NCBI GenBank assembly: GCA_977017645.1 | Contig: OZ360222.1 | Coordinates: 79,422,001 to 79,486,000 of the forward strand | DNA: 64,000 bases | From: Torpedo marmorata | Lineage: Eukaryota | Reading direction: 5' to 3' | Shown: positions 63,248 to 64,000 of the stretch, piece after piece | How positions within the stretch are numbered: position 1 is the first letter of the stretch | How the letters are laid out: each line of letters starts with the position of its first letter | Translations under genes and position numbers: made by a program | The notes under the pieces: model-generated | Databases searched by the model: none | What the model was told of the DNA's origin: nothing | Seen by the model: only the letters and a program-made list of their open reading frames with translations

Positions 63248-63370
63248 AGTTCTGATGAGATGTCATCAACCAGAAATAATAACTGCTTCTTCATCTTAAC
63301 CTCCTGAGTTGTTCAAGCTCTGTCTGTTATATTTTCTGGCTTACCGATATCTGCAGCAAGTTGCTTTTGC
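63248..63370 (+). mobile_element. Old Penelope-like terminal fragment with a decayed canonical-core hammerhead (63248-63284)
   Basis: AGUU-CUGAUGA-GAUGUCAUCAACCA-GAAA-UAAU-AACU; helix I AGUU/AACU intact, helices II and III decayed; downstream ctgagttgttcaagc...atctgcagc tail. Confidence 0.5.
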
Positions 63371-63479
63371 AGAAAGAATTGTTGGTCTGCACAAGAATAA
63401 AGAGAAAAATTGCAAATTGAAATATGGATGATAAAAATGAAAAAGAGAAGTGAGGAAGACACTAAGCATATTCAGTTTT

Positions 63480-63900
63480 GGAGAAGAGTTGCTTACAGCA
63501 CAGAAGGAGGCTGTTCAGTCCATCGTGATGCTGTTGGCTCTTTGCCAGAATGATCTCATACTAATCTCTCTACGCTCCTATCTCCTCAAAGCCATGATCT
63601 AATTTTACCTTAAATTGTACAATGGGCTTTGTCTCAAGACATATTGTGGCAAAATAATGCTGTTCTAAAAATCTTTTTGATAAAGATGTTTCTCTTATCC
63701 TTTTTCATGCTTCTTCAGTGGAAATTTTATGCTGATGACTTTACAGTACTGATTTCCTGGAGGGAATAATCTTTCCCTCGCAAATCTCTTTAGAGCTTTA
63801 ACATCTTCTACTATATACGTTGTTTACATCATCTTGTTTAATCTGTACCATACACAGTCTATTCTTTTAATACATTCTTTACCTGGGTTCCCAAAATTTC
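63480..63900 (-). mobile_element. Old CR1 3' fragment
   Basis: acagcacagaaggaggctgttcagtccatcgtgatgctg tail and weak similarity downstream. Confidence 0.45.
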
Positions 63901-64000
63901 ACCCAACTCTAAACTGTAATGATTTGAGTTCATCTTCTTGAGTATTTTTAGACATACAGCACAGTGATGCACCATCAATAAATCCGAAAAACTGATAGGC

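Overview
AT-rich vertebrate genomic DNA, intronic or intergenic in character, with no host protein-coding exon I can recognise. The repeat set (V-SINE/HE1-like SINEs, CR1, L2, Rex1/Babar, Penelope-like elements) suggests a cartilaginous fish, probably a ray or skate (inference). Every ORF with a recognisable product belongs to a transposable element, and the other short ORFs look like noise. Main contents: (1) a full-length but decayed Mag-like Ty3/Gypsy element at 23981-28993 with 163-bp LTRs, CAGTG TSD, tRNA-Ser-type PBS and PPT; (2) a tRNA-Thr(TGT)-headed SINE with a Rex-type tail inserted into that element; (3) a multi-layer nest at about 12.0-19.2 kb (CR1 > old Rex > Rex A > Rex B and a twin-primed L1, plus a hAT element); (4) a composite hAT MITE; (5) a solo LTR; (6) several Penelope-like fragments with minimal hammerhead ribozyme motifs; (7) a hairpin-rich TIR element; (8) a repeat-free, CpG-retaining block at about 5.3-7.9 kb that looks regulatory. 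Boundaries with TSDs were read directly. Boundaries of old fragments are approximate, and family names come from motif recognition, not database searches.
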